From contig JBMFRC010000001.1 of assembly GCA_049968235.1 (NCBI GenBank), positions 320,001 to 384,000 on the forward strand: a DNA stretch of 64,000 nt. The letters are read 5' to 3'. This stretch comes from Candidatus Hydrogenedens sp. GTDB taxonomy: Bacteria > Hydrogenedentota > Hydrogenedentia > Hydrogenedentales > Hydrogenedentaceae. Positions within the stretch are counted from its first letter, which is position 1. Every line of letters begins with the position of its first letter. The notes beneath the pieces are model-generated. The model ran no database searches. It was not told the origin of the DNA and saw only the letters and a program-made list of their open reading frames with translations. The position numbers and the translations under genes were made by a program. Positions 51,285 to 60,825 of the stretch are shown one piece after another.

Positions 51285-52435
51285 TACTTCTTATTTTTTT
51301 TTGGTGCTGTTGGCTTTGTTGTGGTTTGAGCAGGCACGGATTTCTTTACTGCTGGGGTTTTATCCTGACGGGATAATTTTTCTAAAATGGGGTCAAAGGC
51401 GAGGAATATTTTCACTTTTTCCGAATCATTTAGATAAGGTTTACAATATTCAAATATCTTTTCATCCGTTTTTTGTTCAATTAAAATATTTTTAATTTTT
51501 TCTTTAACCTGTTCAAAGTTAACCTTCTCTTCTGCTTCGCATTCTAACAATTTAAACAAATGCCATCCTAATGAACTTTTTATGACAGGGCTCAGGTCTC
51601 CCGGTTTCATGGCAGGTAGAACCTGTGTAAAAAACGGAGGCAATGCTTCTGTGGGTATCCATCCCATATCGCCTCCTTTCTGACGGTCCGGTGCTTCGGA
51701 AACAGAACGGGCAACCGCGTCAAAACTTTCTCCTGCCTTTATTCGTGCTAATGCTTTCTCTACTTCTTTTTGTGTTTCCTGCCATGCTTTTTCATCTGCC
51801 GTTTTTGCATTGGGCTTTGGTTGTCGAAATATTTGTTTTAAATGCACGCGTGAGGGTTTCATGAAAAGGTCCGGGTTACTTTCATAAAACTTTTTCGCTT
51901 CATCATCTGTTACGGTTATCTTATTCTCATTTACAAGGGCTTGTCTCATCTTTTTTAATATCAGATTTTTACGGGTTCTTTCGCGAAAAGATTCTATTGT
52001 CTCTCCTTTGGCTTTTAAGATGTCCTCCATACTGGGAGGGTTCTTTCCTGCCTTTTTTGTATCCTCCTGAATTTCCTTAATTTGTTCATCCACTGCTTTT
52101 TTTACCTCATCCTCAGTTACAGAATATTTTCGTTTTAGAGATTCCTGATACAAAATTTCGCGTTGGGCTAAATTGGTAATGCAACGGATGGCAATATGGA
52201 TACGGTCCTCATCTTTTACATCTTTTTGTCCCGTTCCCGCAACATATTCCAATAGTTCCAGATGATACCTCATTAAAAATTCTTCTTTCGATATGGGCGT
52301 ACCGAGAACCAAAGCCACAGGTCCATCCGGGACAGATTTCTCTACGATATCCATCCTAGACAGGTCAGGAGCCTGAGCAGGTAAATATGAAATCCAGAGG
52401 ATAGAGGTAAGCACAAAAAGTAATTTGCGAAACAT
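51284..52435 (-). CDS. SurA/PrsA-like periplasmic chaperone with PpiC-type (parvulin) PPIase domain
   Basis: Signal peptide. Parvulin region GDLSPVIKSSLGWHLFKL. Lys-rich C-terminal tail. Overlaps the M23 gene by 1 nt. Confidence 0.65.
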   Translation of the reverse strand: MFRKLLFVLTSILWISYLPAQAPDLSRMDIVEKSVPDGPVALVLGTPISKEEFLMRYHLELLEYVAGTGQKDVKDEDRIHIAIRCITNLAQREILYQESLKRKYSVTEDEVKKAVDEQIKEIQEDTKKAGKNPPSMEDILKAKGETIESFRERTRKNLILKKMRQALVNENKITVTDDEAKKFYESNPDLFMKPSRVHLKQIFRQPKPNAKTADEKAWQETQKEVEKALARIKAGESFDAVARSVSEAPDRQKGGDMGWIPTEALPPFFTQVLPAMKPGDLSPVIKSSLGWHLFKLLECEAEEKVNFEQVKEKIKNILIEQKTDEKIFEYCKPYLNDSEKVKIFLAFDPILEKLSRQDKTPAVKKSVPAQTTTKPTAPKKNKK

Positions 52436-52462
52436 ATAATTATCCTTATTTTAAAATTATGT

Positions 52463-52798
52463 TCAATCCTGTGTTTTATCCACTGGTTTTTCTGTTTCAG
52501 GGGTAATTTCAGTTTGTGTTGTTTTTATAATCAATAATCCGTAGTAAATCAAAATACCTGAGATGCCATAAGTAATAACAAAAATCAATGCACATAAAAT
52601 AACCATTGTGCCTATAGCAATGTAATATCCACTCAATTGCATCATCAAAAATACAAATAGGGCTATGAGAGTGAAAAACAATCCGGCAATAGTTGCAATA
52701 CGATTTGGCTCCAGATGAACAACAACCTGTTTTTTTGTATCCAGAAGGGGTCTTACCTCGGGATAATCCAAATTATGAAGGTTATTTATATTCTTCAT
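52463..52798 (-). CDS. Small 2-TM membrane protein
   Basis: Hydrophobic ORF co-oriented with the SurA-like gene. Confidence 0.35.
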   Translation of the reverse strand: MKNINNLHNLDYPEVRPLLDTKKQVVVHLEPNRIATIAGLFFTLIALFVFLMMQLSGYYIAIGTMVILCALIFVITYGISGILIYYGLLIIKTTQTEITPETEKPVDKTQD

Positions 52799-53130
52799 CT
52801 TCCGATTTGTACCTTTTTATTCATTCTATATAAATATACAAAATTCAGACCCCCATTTACATTTTTAAAATTACCATTAATCAATCACTTAGAGGTAGAA
52901 AGTATTAACAAATTGATAGCTAAAACAAATAATTACCAGTAAAGGCAATTCATAAATTGTCTCAAAAGGGTATAGATGAATACATATATATCAAATGATA
53001 ACCTTACATATTCGTTCTATGTCTTTTTATCCAATCCACATATCCCATTTATATAATCTCTCATTTCTACTTACATAGATAGTATTAATTATCTGATTTA
53101 AGGTTAAAAAATATTAATTTTGTAAAGTTT

Positions 53131-53826
53131 TCATTGGGATTTATATGATGATAAAAAATCCTGATAGGCTGTAAGGATTTGCTCCTCGTTCATAGGTGCA
53201 ATAATCATACGGACTGTAGTAGAAGCAGTCTGTCCTGTTTCCAATGTTTTACCAAACAGTGAGAAATACATGGAGTAATGTGTATTCCCTACTGGTGGAG
53301 TTAATATAGCAAAGCAGTTATCTTTGCGTGCCATCTGAACCACGGCAAGATTTGTCTCTTTATTGATGCGATAAATAATTGGCTCCTTAAAGGAGGGACG
53401 TATTGTCCAATCTACAGGATTAGGTGGAATAGTCCAGCGTCCATCACGAATAATCGAAATAGATTGTTCGTCCCTTGGGAAAGCCTGCCAATCTCCCGCA
53501 TCCACAGGAGTGGGAAGAAACTTATTGCCTTCCTCCGTTTGTGCATAAACGTAAGATTCTGGAAATTTATCGGTCAGGTAAGAGGAAAGAAATATTTCAA
53601 AATCCGGCAAATTTTGTTTTGCTTCAATTGAGATATGAAGGTCTAATGTGTAAGGATTTATCCATTGATATACAGAGGACAGGACAAAAGGATGTGCTTC
53701 GTCTGCTTCCCACTTTACTTTTATTGTTTTCTCATCTACCCATTCTGTTGAACTTTGCACACTCCGCATACTTTCTCCGAAGCGTTGGTTGGTTGCAAAT
53801 ACACGGTAAAAATTTAACAAGCCCGG
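53131..53826 (-). CDS. Hypothetical protein; start unclear (no ATG/GTG; the frame stays open to ~54053 and overlaps the upstream gene)
   Basis: ORF table uses TTG at 53820. The frame is open for another ~75 codons upstream with no canonical start. Confidence 0.35.
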   Translation of the reverse strand, partial: PGLLNFYRVFATNQRFGESMRSVQSSTEWVDEKTIKVKWEADEAHPFVLSSVYQWINPYTLDLHISIEAKQNLPDFEIFLSSYLTDKFPESYVYAQTEEGNKFLPTPVDAGDWQAFPRDEQSISIIRDGRWTIPPNPVDWTIRPSFKEPIIYRINKETNLAVVQMARKDNCFAILTPPVGNTHYSMYFSLFGKTLETGQTASTTVRMIIAPMNEEQILTAYQDFLSSYKSQ

Positions 53827-53990
53827 TAGTGCAGACGGATTGGTAGAAATTTCAAGTTCCGGTGAAATAGAGGAGAACGGGACAAATCCGATAGACCTCC
53901 CTTCAAAACGGAATGTGCCTTTCAGTGCTCCTGTATCTATAAGATATTCACCTGGAGTTTTATCTGAAGCAATGAAATATGGTTTTTCTT

Positions 53991-55295
53991 CTATTGATTT
54001 TGTTGATGATATTTTTCTTTTCGTGCAGAGTTAAAAAGTTCTTTCATTTTGTAGTGAACATAGGGCTGTTTTGCCGCATCCTCTTTTCCTTTCGCGTGAG
54101 CGACCCATAATTCTAAATCTGTGGGACAATAGAGAACGCTGTGCAAGTTAACATTGACCATTGCCACTGCTTTGAGGATCTCTAATGCGATATTCTGGTC
54201 AATCTTGCCGTAATTCTCTTTTATTCGTGTAGCCATTCCTTTATAACGATGGTCATAGGAATTTGAACCATAGGGCATATTTGGTGCATTGGCACAGGTC
54301 TGTAAAGAGCGAATGGTTGGATCCATTGCTTCATCGGCACGCATAACGGCATTCTCAATGGGAATTGCATATTCGACAGTCTCGCGCGGGTCATTATCTG
54401 TAAATATTGCTACATGATGGGCACACGTTTCATAAACCAGGGCTCGGTTTTCATCTCCATCCGCAATCACATAGTTATAACCCACGGTATGCCGTGCTTC
54501 GAGAACAATTTCTGTTACCTGGTCCAAAGTAGATGCTTCTTCCAATATCTTGCGTAGAAGAAATTCAAGTGGGATACCATCAATGCGTCGGTCTTTATTC
54601 GTTGCTCCAATCTGTGCAATGGATACTTTGCGGTTATTCATGCCGGAGAGAACACCAATTGCACATGCATAACCGACAGAAATAAATGAATTCAATCCTT
54701 GTGGTTCATAACAGAAGGTAACCGCTGTATCCTGAATTCCTGCTTCCATAATCCAATCAAAATTTCTACCATGATACATCTTCCCATCAACAGTAGCTTT
54801 ACCCCACACGGCAAACGAACTACAACCCCGTTCTGTTATAACGGAAACAACATGAATACGACGCAAATCCTGAAGATTTACACCGGCACCATCAGCAATC
54901 CCCTCCAGTTCACGAGAATACCGTAATGGAATATGTGGCGAACATAATCTCCATGTAACATCCAATATCAACTTTGCTGCAAACTTTGGTAACCCTACTT
55001 CTTGCTTCGCCAGTTCTAATAATTCGTCAAATCGTGCAAGACTACGGTGAATAACATCTTTCAAGAGAACACCTCGTTGAAAACCCATCTCATACGGGGT
55101 CCCTTTCAAGTGAATAACCTTCGTCCCTTCAATTTCCTCCAAGAAAGCTTTTTGTATATCTACTGCTTCATGGGGACCGCGCGTAGGATAGAGCCAGAAG
55201 TAGAATCCAGCACCTAAAACCAGCACAACAAAAAGAATGGGAAGTATAAAACGAATTTTCTTTTTCATGGGAAATTCTCCAATAACAATTTTCAA
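53991..55295 (-). CDS. Ntn-hydrolase, peptidase C45 / acyl-CoA:6-APA acyltransferase-like family protein
   Basis: N-terminal TM/signal. Candidate autoprocessing nucleophile context ERGCSSFAV. Confidence 0.5.
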   Translation of the reverse strand: MKIVIGEFPMKKKIRFILPILFVVLVLGAGFYFWLYPTRGPHEAVDIQKAFLEEIEGTKVIHLKGTPYEMGFQRGVLLKDVIHRSLARFDELLELAKQEVGLPKFAAKLILDVTWRLCSPHIPLRYSRELEGIADGAGVNLQDLRRIHVVSVITERGCSSFAVWGKATVDGKMYHGRNFDWIMEAGIQDTAVTFCYEPQGLNSFISVGYACAIGVLSGMNNRKVSIAQIGATNKDRRIDGIPLEFLLRKILEEASTLDQVTEIVLEARHTVGYNYVIADGDENRALVYETCAHHVAIFTDNDPRETVEYAIPIENAVMRADEAMDPTIRSLQTCANAPNMPYGSNSYDHRYKGMATRIKENYGKIDQNIALEILKAVAMVNVNLHSVLYCPTDLELWVAHAKGKEDAAKQPYVHYKMKELFNSARKEKYHQQNQ

Positions 55296-55421
55296 GTGAA
55301 ATTATGTTTATGTTATTTACATTAAATATTTGAATTCAAAAAATATACCAGGATTATTTATTATATCTATATCATCTGACTTTTATTTTCAAAAAAATTT
55401 TCATCGGGTTATTATCGTCTA

Positions 55422-58400
55422 TTATACATCCTTAATGATAGAAATAGGGATTGTTAGATTGTTAGCAATATCGGGAATATCATTTCTATATGTAAAAAGG
55501 ATTATCTGTTGTCCTTCTCCCAATGCTTTCAATGTTTCCAGAGATTGAATCAATTGGGGATAGTCATAAGACACAAAAGGGTCATCTAACAATAACGGAA
55601 TTGGTTCTTTGAGAAAATGAGGAATTTTCATAAGGGCGACACGCATAGCAAGATATGCCTGTTCCTGAACAGAGGGATTTGAAGATAATTCTTCCAGAGG
55701 TATGGGGTTCTCTGTTTGTGCAGGAATAACTTTCAATGTCAGGTCCTGCTCTACAAGCACACCTGTATATTTGTACTTCGTTAAATGTATCAGCAAACGA
55801 CTGACTTCATTTTGTAAAGGCAATGCAATTTTATGATACCGATATGTGGATAATTGCTGTAATACCGATATTGCTGATAATACACTCTCCTGTTCGTATC
55901 GAAGTATTCTCCATTGAGTTTCATAATAATATTTTTCTTCAGCAATTTCATTTAACGGTCGCAATTTGTTTGTCAATGTTTCCAACTCTGATTGTAGAAT
56001 CTGTATATCCTTTTGTATTTGTTCTACTTCGTTTTCTGTTTGCTCAATAAGTAGTTGCAATTGTTCTTCATCTTCGGCGGGGACTGATGGGACAAAATCT
56101 TGTGTTTGTTTTTCCAGTTCCTCTATTGTGCCATCATTCAGCAATTGTTGAAGTTGCAGTTCGGTTTGTTTAATTCGTGAAAAGATAGCCTGTGCTTCTT
56201 CGGCAAGGGCATATTTGTTTTTCCATTCGGAGATACTGCTTACTCCTGCCAGTTCTAATATCTCCTGAATCTGTTTCTGGTTTTGAGATAGTTCCTCATC
56301 CACTTTTTGCAGTTGTTGATTTAAATCCAATCGCTTTTTCCGAAGCTCGGATACCTTTGTTTTTAGCCCACAGTACATTTCTTCTGCACGATAATATGAA
56401 CGGAAAGTATCCTGTGTTAAAGTTTCCCCTGGTTGAAGCAGTCCGGATTGAACTAAGTCATGTTCTATCCGGCTAAGTATCTCTTTTTGAATTTTATTGT
56501 AAATATCCTTTGTATATTCTTCTTTTTTCGTTATAGTGTATGTTAATTGTTGATATTGGTTCCGGAGGTCCCAGAGCCTGCGGTGGTACATTCTTGCTTT
56601 TTCCTGCAATTCAAATACCTTTCGCCGATTTTGCTCTATTTTATCCTTATCTTCCAGAGATAGACCTGCTTGTTCAAAAAGATTTTGTATCTCTTGATAA
56701 AGGTCGTAGGTTCGGGTCTGGTTAATCGTAAATAGTTCCTCTGCTTTACGAACCTGTGTAGATAAATCTCCCTCGTTTTTTAACCAGGCACAGTATTCGT
56801 CATAAAGCCCCTGCAATTCGCGCACATGCTGTAAATTGGCTTTATTAAGTAGTGCTGTTATTGGATGCTTATCAATATATTCGAAGGTAACTATTTTCTG
56901 AATTTTTTCTTTCAATTGCTTCAGGAAAACATCGATTTCTTTCAGAGTTCGCTTATTATTGATATAAGAACTCACAAAATATAAAAAAGCCAATCCTACT
57001 GCACTGGCAAACCATAGAGATTCCTTTTTATGCATTGTTATAAACAGATAAATGAGTAAAATATCCAGCAAAAAACAAAGCGTCCCTAATACCAGGTCCA
57101 CAGGTTGTCGGGAACGAATTTGTAGTTTTAATACCTCTGCTTCTTCCAATTGTCTTTCTAATTCTTGCTGTTCTTCTTCCGGTTTATCTTTATATTTCAA
57201 ATAATCATCTACAAGCCCTGCAAAGTCATTTATATCATCAAATAATTCCCGATACGGTTGCGTTTGTTGTTGAACACGGGTATATTCTTTTCTCAGTTCA
57301 TTAAGTTGCGATTCGCTTTTATGTGTTTCCTTCAAAGAACTTTTATACATATCAATGGCAAAATCGGTTTTGGAGTAGAACATATCATCTTTTTGTATTA
57401 CCTCTGGAAGTTCCGAAACAATTTTTTCAACTTCCTGAATATGTTCGTTTACCTTCTCTCGTTGATTGTGTAGTTCTTTCAACACCTCCTCATTACTGTG
57501 AATATGTTTCAAATATTCCTCATATTTATCTTGATAATCCTTAATATAATCAATAGGGATAAAGGTAGAATGACGCAGTTCTAACTCAAGTTCATTGATT
57601 TCCCCAGAGATGTTCTCAATCTCATTTTGCAATTTCTGCTTTTGCATTTCCGCATGATTGATAGCCATCTCCGTTTGAATAACATATACATTCTGGTCAA
57701 CTGGAAAATTTCTAAAATTGGAGTATGAAAAGGAACGTCTAGTCAGTTCATTTAACTTGTCTCGTAAGGCTTTTGCATCGTTCTTTTTTCTCCAGAGCGT
57801 ATATTGACGGGCATATTGTAATTTATCTTGCAGTTCCTTATATTTCTGTTGAAGACTACTCAGTTTCTCCTTATGTTGTTTCAGAAATAATTTCTTCTCG
57901 CATATTCTTTCAAAACTTTCCTTTACCTGCTCATATTCCTCTGATAACCTTTCTATTTGTTCCGATATCAGGTTATAGGGGCGTTTATAGGTACGTTCTG
58001 TTCCGATGGATTGCAAATATTCCTGAAAATCGGTAATTATGGTATTTACAGATTGTTCCGTTGTCCCTGTATCTATCAAACACTGAAGATGTTCCTTTAC
58101 TCTGTTCCCGTGGGTAAAGGAATTCAAACTGTCTATTGTCTTCTGTGAAATTACAGACACTCCGGAGAACATTTCACGAGTCAAATCCAGATGTTCATTT
58201 ATAAAAGCAGGTTCTCCATTTGGATATACAGGAACTGTATCTGTTATATCATTTGCATCCATCCCTTCATATATTCTTAATGATGGTTCAGGTCCAAATA
58301 CTCGATGAAGATGTATCAGTTTCCCCGTATTCAGGCGATAAACAATATTTCCCCGATAATCCGAAGTATACCATGGTGTATATTTATAATAATTTTCAGA

Positions 58401-58580
58401 AAAGGATGCATTTTTCTTTTTGGAAGTTTTTTGCCCAAATAACATATCCAGCATAAACTGGAATAATGTATTTTTCCCATTCTCATCTCTGACAAAAATT
58501 ATCTGGAACCCCTTCTCAAATTCAAGGGGAATCTTTTGTAGTTTCCCGAAACCATAGATATGTCCCTTTATAAATTCCAT
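55422..58580 (-). CDS. YhaN/SbcC-like AAA ATPase with long coiled coils and two internal TM helices; Walker A appears degenerate
   Basis: N-terminus IYGFGKLQKIPLEFEKGFQIIFVRDENGKNTLFQFMLDMLFG matches the YhaN family head, but it has VRDENGKNT where GxNxxGKST is expected. Central hydrophobic segments LVLGTLCFLLDILLIYLFI and FASAVGLAFLYFVSSYI. C-terminal LLLDDPFVSYD Walker B/D-loop. Confidence 0.65.
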   Translation of the reverse strand: MEFIKGHIYGFGKLQKIPLEFEKGFQIIFVRDENGKNTLFQFMLDMLFGQKTSKKKNASFSENYYKYTPWYTSDYRGNIVYRLNTGKLIHLHRVFGPEPSLRIYEGMDANDITDTVPVYPNGEPAFINEHLDLTREMFSGVSVISQKTIDSLNSFTHGNRVKEHLQCLIDTGTTEQSVNTIITDFQEYLQSIGTERTYKRPYNLISEQIERLSEEYEQVKESFERICEKKLFLKQHKEKLSSLQQKYKELQDKLQYARQYTLWRKKNDAKALRDKLNELTRRSFSYSNFRNFPVDQNVYVIQTEMAINHAEMQKQKLQNEIENISGEINELELELRHSTFIPIDYIKDYQDKYEEYLKHIHSNEEVLKELHNQREKVNEHIQEVEKIVSELPEVIQKDDMFYSKTDFAIDMYKSSLKETHKSESQLNELRKEYTRVQQQTQPYRELFDDINDFAGLVDDYLKYKDKPEEEQQELERQLEEAEVLKLQIRSRQPVDLVLGTLCFLLDILLIYLFITMHKKESLWFASAVGLAFLYFVSSYINNKRTLKEIDVFLKQLKEKIQKIVTFEYIDKHPITALLNKANLQHVRELQGLYDEYCAWLKNEGDLSTQVRKAEELFTINQTRTYDLYQEIQNLFEQAGLSLEDKDKIEQNRRKVFELQEKARMYHRRLWDLRNQYQQLTYTITKKEEYTKDIYNKIQKEILSRIEHDLVQSGLLQPGETLTQDTFRSYYRAEEMYCGLKTKVSELRKKRLDLNQQLQKVDEELSQNQKQIQEILELAGVSSISEWKNKYALAEEAQAIFSRIKQTELQLQQLLNDGTIEELEKQTQDFVPSVPAEDEEQLQLLIEQTENEVEQIQKDIQILQSELETLTNKLRPLNEIAEEKYYYETQWRILRYEQESVLSAISVLQQLSTYRYHKIALPLQNEVSRLLIHLTKYKYTGVLVEQDLTLKVIPAQTENPIPLEELSSNPSVQEQAYLAMRVALMKIPHFLKEPIPLLLDDPFVSYDYPQLIQSLETLKALGEGQQIILFTYRNDIPDIANNLTIPISIIKDV

Positions 58581-59740
58581 TCCGGGGGAACCTCACATGT
58601 TTCAACGGTAGGAATTTTTAGATTTGCTCCTCCAGCAATTCTTGCGGTTAAATGTCGGACTCGTTTTGCAATACTGACAGCGGAGGTATTCGGTGCACAT
58701 TTTTGTTGTTCCGTTACCTGCTTAAAAAATTCAGATAGAACGGTAATCTCTCGCAAATCTTCTGCATTTTCAAATCCTTCTATTTCTCCATCAAAACTCC
58801 ATGTAATAAATAGATTTTCTTCCTGAATAGATATCATTGTTTCCGGGATGCCATTTAGAAGGGAAGGAGAAATTGTTCCACTGAAACGGAGATGAACAAC
58901 ACAGGGTTTTTGCAAATTTGTCAATTCATTTCGTAACTTCGTGTGAAGTCCATCTTCATTTGTAAACAAAGACATATCTATATTGATAAGAGCATAAAAA
59001 TTTTTCTGTAAAGACATATGTTCTACATGGGAAACTTTCCATTGATTATCATCCGATTGAAAGCGAATACCTAAAACCCCAAAAGGAGGAGTATCATCCA
59101 TACTTATAGGGTCGGGAATACCACAACAACACGCCGTCAATTGCGAAGTATTGTAAAATTGTTTGAAACTGTGTCCTTTCCCTACCCCGATATATGAGAT
59201 AACATCCGGGACCTTCTCAAACCATCTTGACAATTCCCTTTTATCGTTAAACATAGGCAATTCATAAGATAGAAGAATATGATTCCTGCCATCATAGCCA
59301 GTCGGTAAATTAAGTTCCGCAAAATCCCCTACCTTCCTATTATCTCCTGCTATTGCATAAACAACAATCGGGGTCTTATTCCCTTCCCACCTGTTTGTTG
59401 TTTCGGAATTCATTACTATTACATTTTCGGGAAAAGTCTCTAATATGTAGGGAGAATATTTTGTGATAGGGTCTGATTCGCCGGGAATAATAATGACTGG
59501 AACAGGTTTAATTGCTTCACATCGCTCAAACAGGAATTGAAGGGTTTGTTCCGTTACATATTCTGCATCCAGCAAATTACCGGTTATGAATAAGGCATCT
59601 GCTTTATACTCAAATACTTTACTGACAATTGCATCGAGTAATTCCCTCTGTCTTCTTCTTCGTTCTTGACCATAGTGTAGGTTTAAGGAGGAAAAAAAGG
59701 GCTTGTCTAAGTATACATTTGCGGTATGTAAGATGAACAT
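58568..59740 (-). CDS. SbcD/YhaO-like calcineurin-fold phosphoesterase homolog with substituted metal-binding motifs (likely inactive)
   Basis: Aligns with SbcD motifs I-III, but ILHTANVYLD replaces ILHTSDWHLG, GNLLD replaces GDVFD and PGESD replaces GNHD. 13-nt overlap with the downstream ATPase gene. Confidence 0.6.
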   Translation of the reverse strand: MFILHTANVYLDKPFFSSLNLHYGQERRRRQRELLDAIVSKVFEYKADALFITGNLLDAEYVTEQTLQFLFERCEAIKPVPVIIIPGESDPITKYSPYILETFPENVIVMNSETTNRWEGNKTPIVVYAIAGDNRKVGDFAELNLPTGYDGRNHILLSYELPMFNDKRELSRWFEKVPDVISYIGVGKGHSFKQFYNTSQLTACCCGIPDPISMDDTPPFGVLGIRFQSDDNQWKVSHVEHMSLQKNFYALINIDMSLFTNEDGLHTKLRNELTNLQKPCVVHLRFSGTISPSLLNGIPETMISIQEENLFITWSFDGEIEGFENAEDLREITVLSEFFKQVTEQQKCAPNTSAVSIAKRVRHLTARIAGGANLKIPTVETCEVPPEWNL

Positions 59741-59765
59741 TTTCGTTTAACCTGTAACAGTTTGA

Positions 59766-60716
59766 TTAAGAATATATTATATCAATTTGCGGTTCCTGCT
59801 TTGCTATGGCATCAGTAAAACCCCTATATCGCCAATATCGGAATACTCGGCGATACATTCGGAGAAGTAATTTAGAATCTTCTGGAAGTTTTAAGCAAAA
59901 ACGGTGGTAGTAAGGAATAAGCAGGGCATTGATAATTCGTGTAGTATAAGGAAAATAAAGTTTATAATTAACGACGATATGATAGTCATTAGGAAACAAT
60001 CGCAGGTAACAGCCCATTGAATAACCCCGACGGTAATGATATCTGCACATATCCAGATATGAACTTCCTTTCCAAAGCCAACAAAGAGCCTGATTGTCAA
60101 TATGAAGTTTACAACCTACTTGCGAGAGCCTTTTTACCAATTCCACTTCTGCGAATTCCGGGAAATAAAATGATTTGTTAAATGTTCCACTTTGAAGAAT
60201 AAGGTCACGAGGGATACTCATGTTATAGAGAGAGAAATGGGAAGGAGTTATTTGTGTAATTTCCTCCATTGAAGGTGGTTCATCCTCTGGCAAGAACCAG
60301 GGTGTTATGCTTTTTGAAGAGAGTCGCGGATGCAAAAGTAACGCGCCTCCGATACAGGCTTTCCCCTCATATGCGTATTGGAGCTGGACATGCCTTTGGA
60401 TCCAACTATTACTGGGCAATACCTCCGGTTGACTGCACAATACCCACTTTCCTTTCGCCTCGTGCAATGCTAAGTCCCATGCTTGTATCATTGACTCTCC
60501 CCCATGTGGAATATAACGAACAATCAACGGAGACCCTTTTGACAAAGAAGCAACTGTCTTTCGCGTTTCTTCTGAGGAATTCGTTTCAACAATAATCCAC
60601 TCAAATTGTGCTAAAGGATAATCCTGATGTTCCAGATGAAAAAACCATGGGGATAAACACCACGACAAATTATTTCCTACTAACAGCACGCTTGCATGGA
60701 TTTCATTCGTTGACAT
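59766..60716 (-). CDS. Glycosyltransferase family 2-like (GT-A) protein, divergent
   Basis: N-terminal pattern SVLLVGNN...EWIIVETNSSEET resembles the GT2 IIPTYN...EIIVVDDGSTD region. Confidence 0.35.
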   Translation of the reverse strand: MSTNEIHASVLLVGNNLSWCLSPWFFHLEHQDYPLAQFEWIIVETNSSEETRKTVASLSKGSPLIVRYIPHGGESMIQAWDLALHEAKGKWVLCSQPEVLPSNSWIQRHVQLQYAYEGKACIGGALLLHPRLSSKSITPWFLPEDEPPSMEEITQITPSHFSLYNMSIPRDLILQSGTFNKSFYFPEFAEVELVKRLSQVGCKLHIDNQALCWLWKGSSYLDMCRYHYRRGYSMGCYLRLFPNDYHIVVNYKLYFPYTTRIINALLIPYYHRFCLKLPEDSKLLLRMYRRVFRYWRYRGFTDAIAKQEPQIDIIYS

Positions 60717-60825
60717 TCCGATACTTTCTTCCCTTTTTGTTATTATAAAATATTAACATGATAATATACTGAAAAGGGAATTTTTATTTCTATATATAGT
60801 TTTCCAGAGATAAGGCTCATCATAT

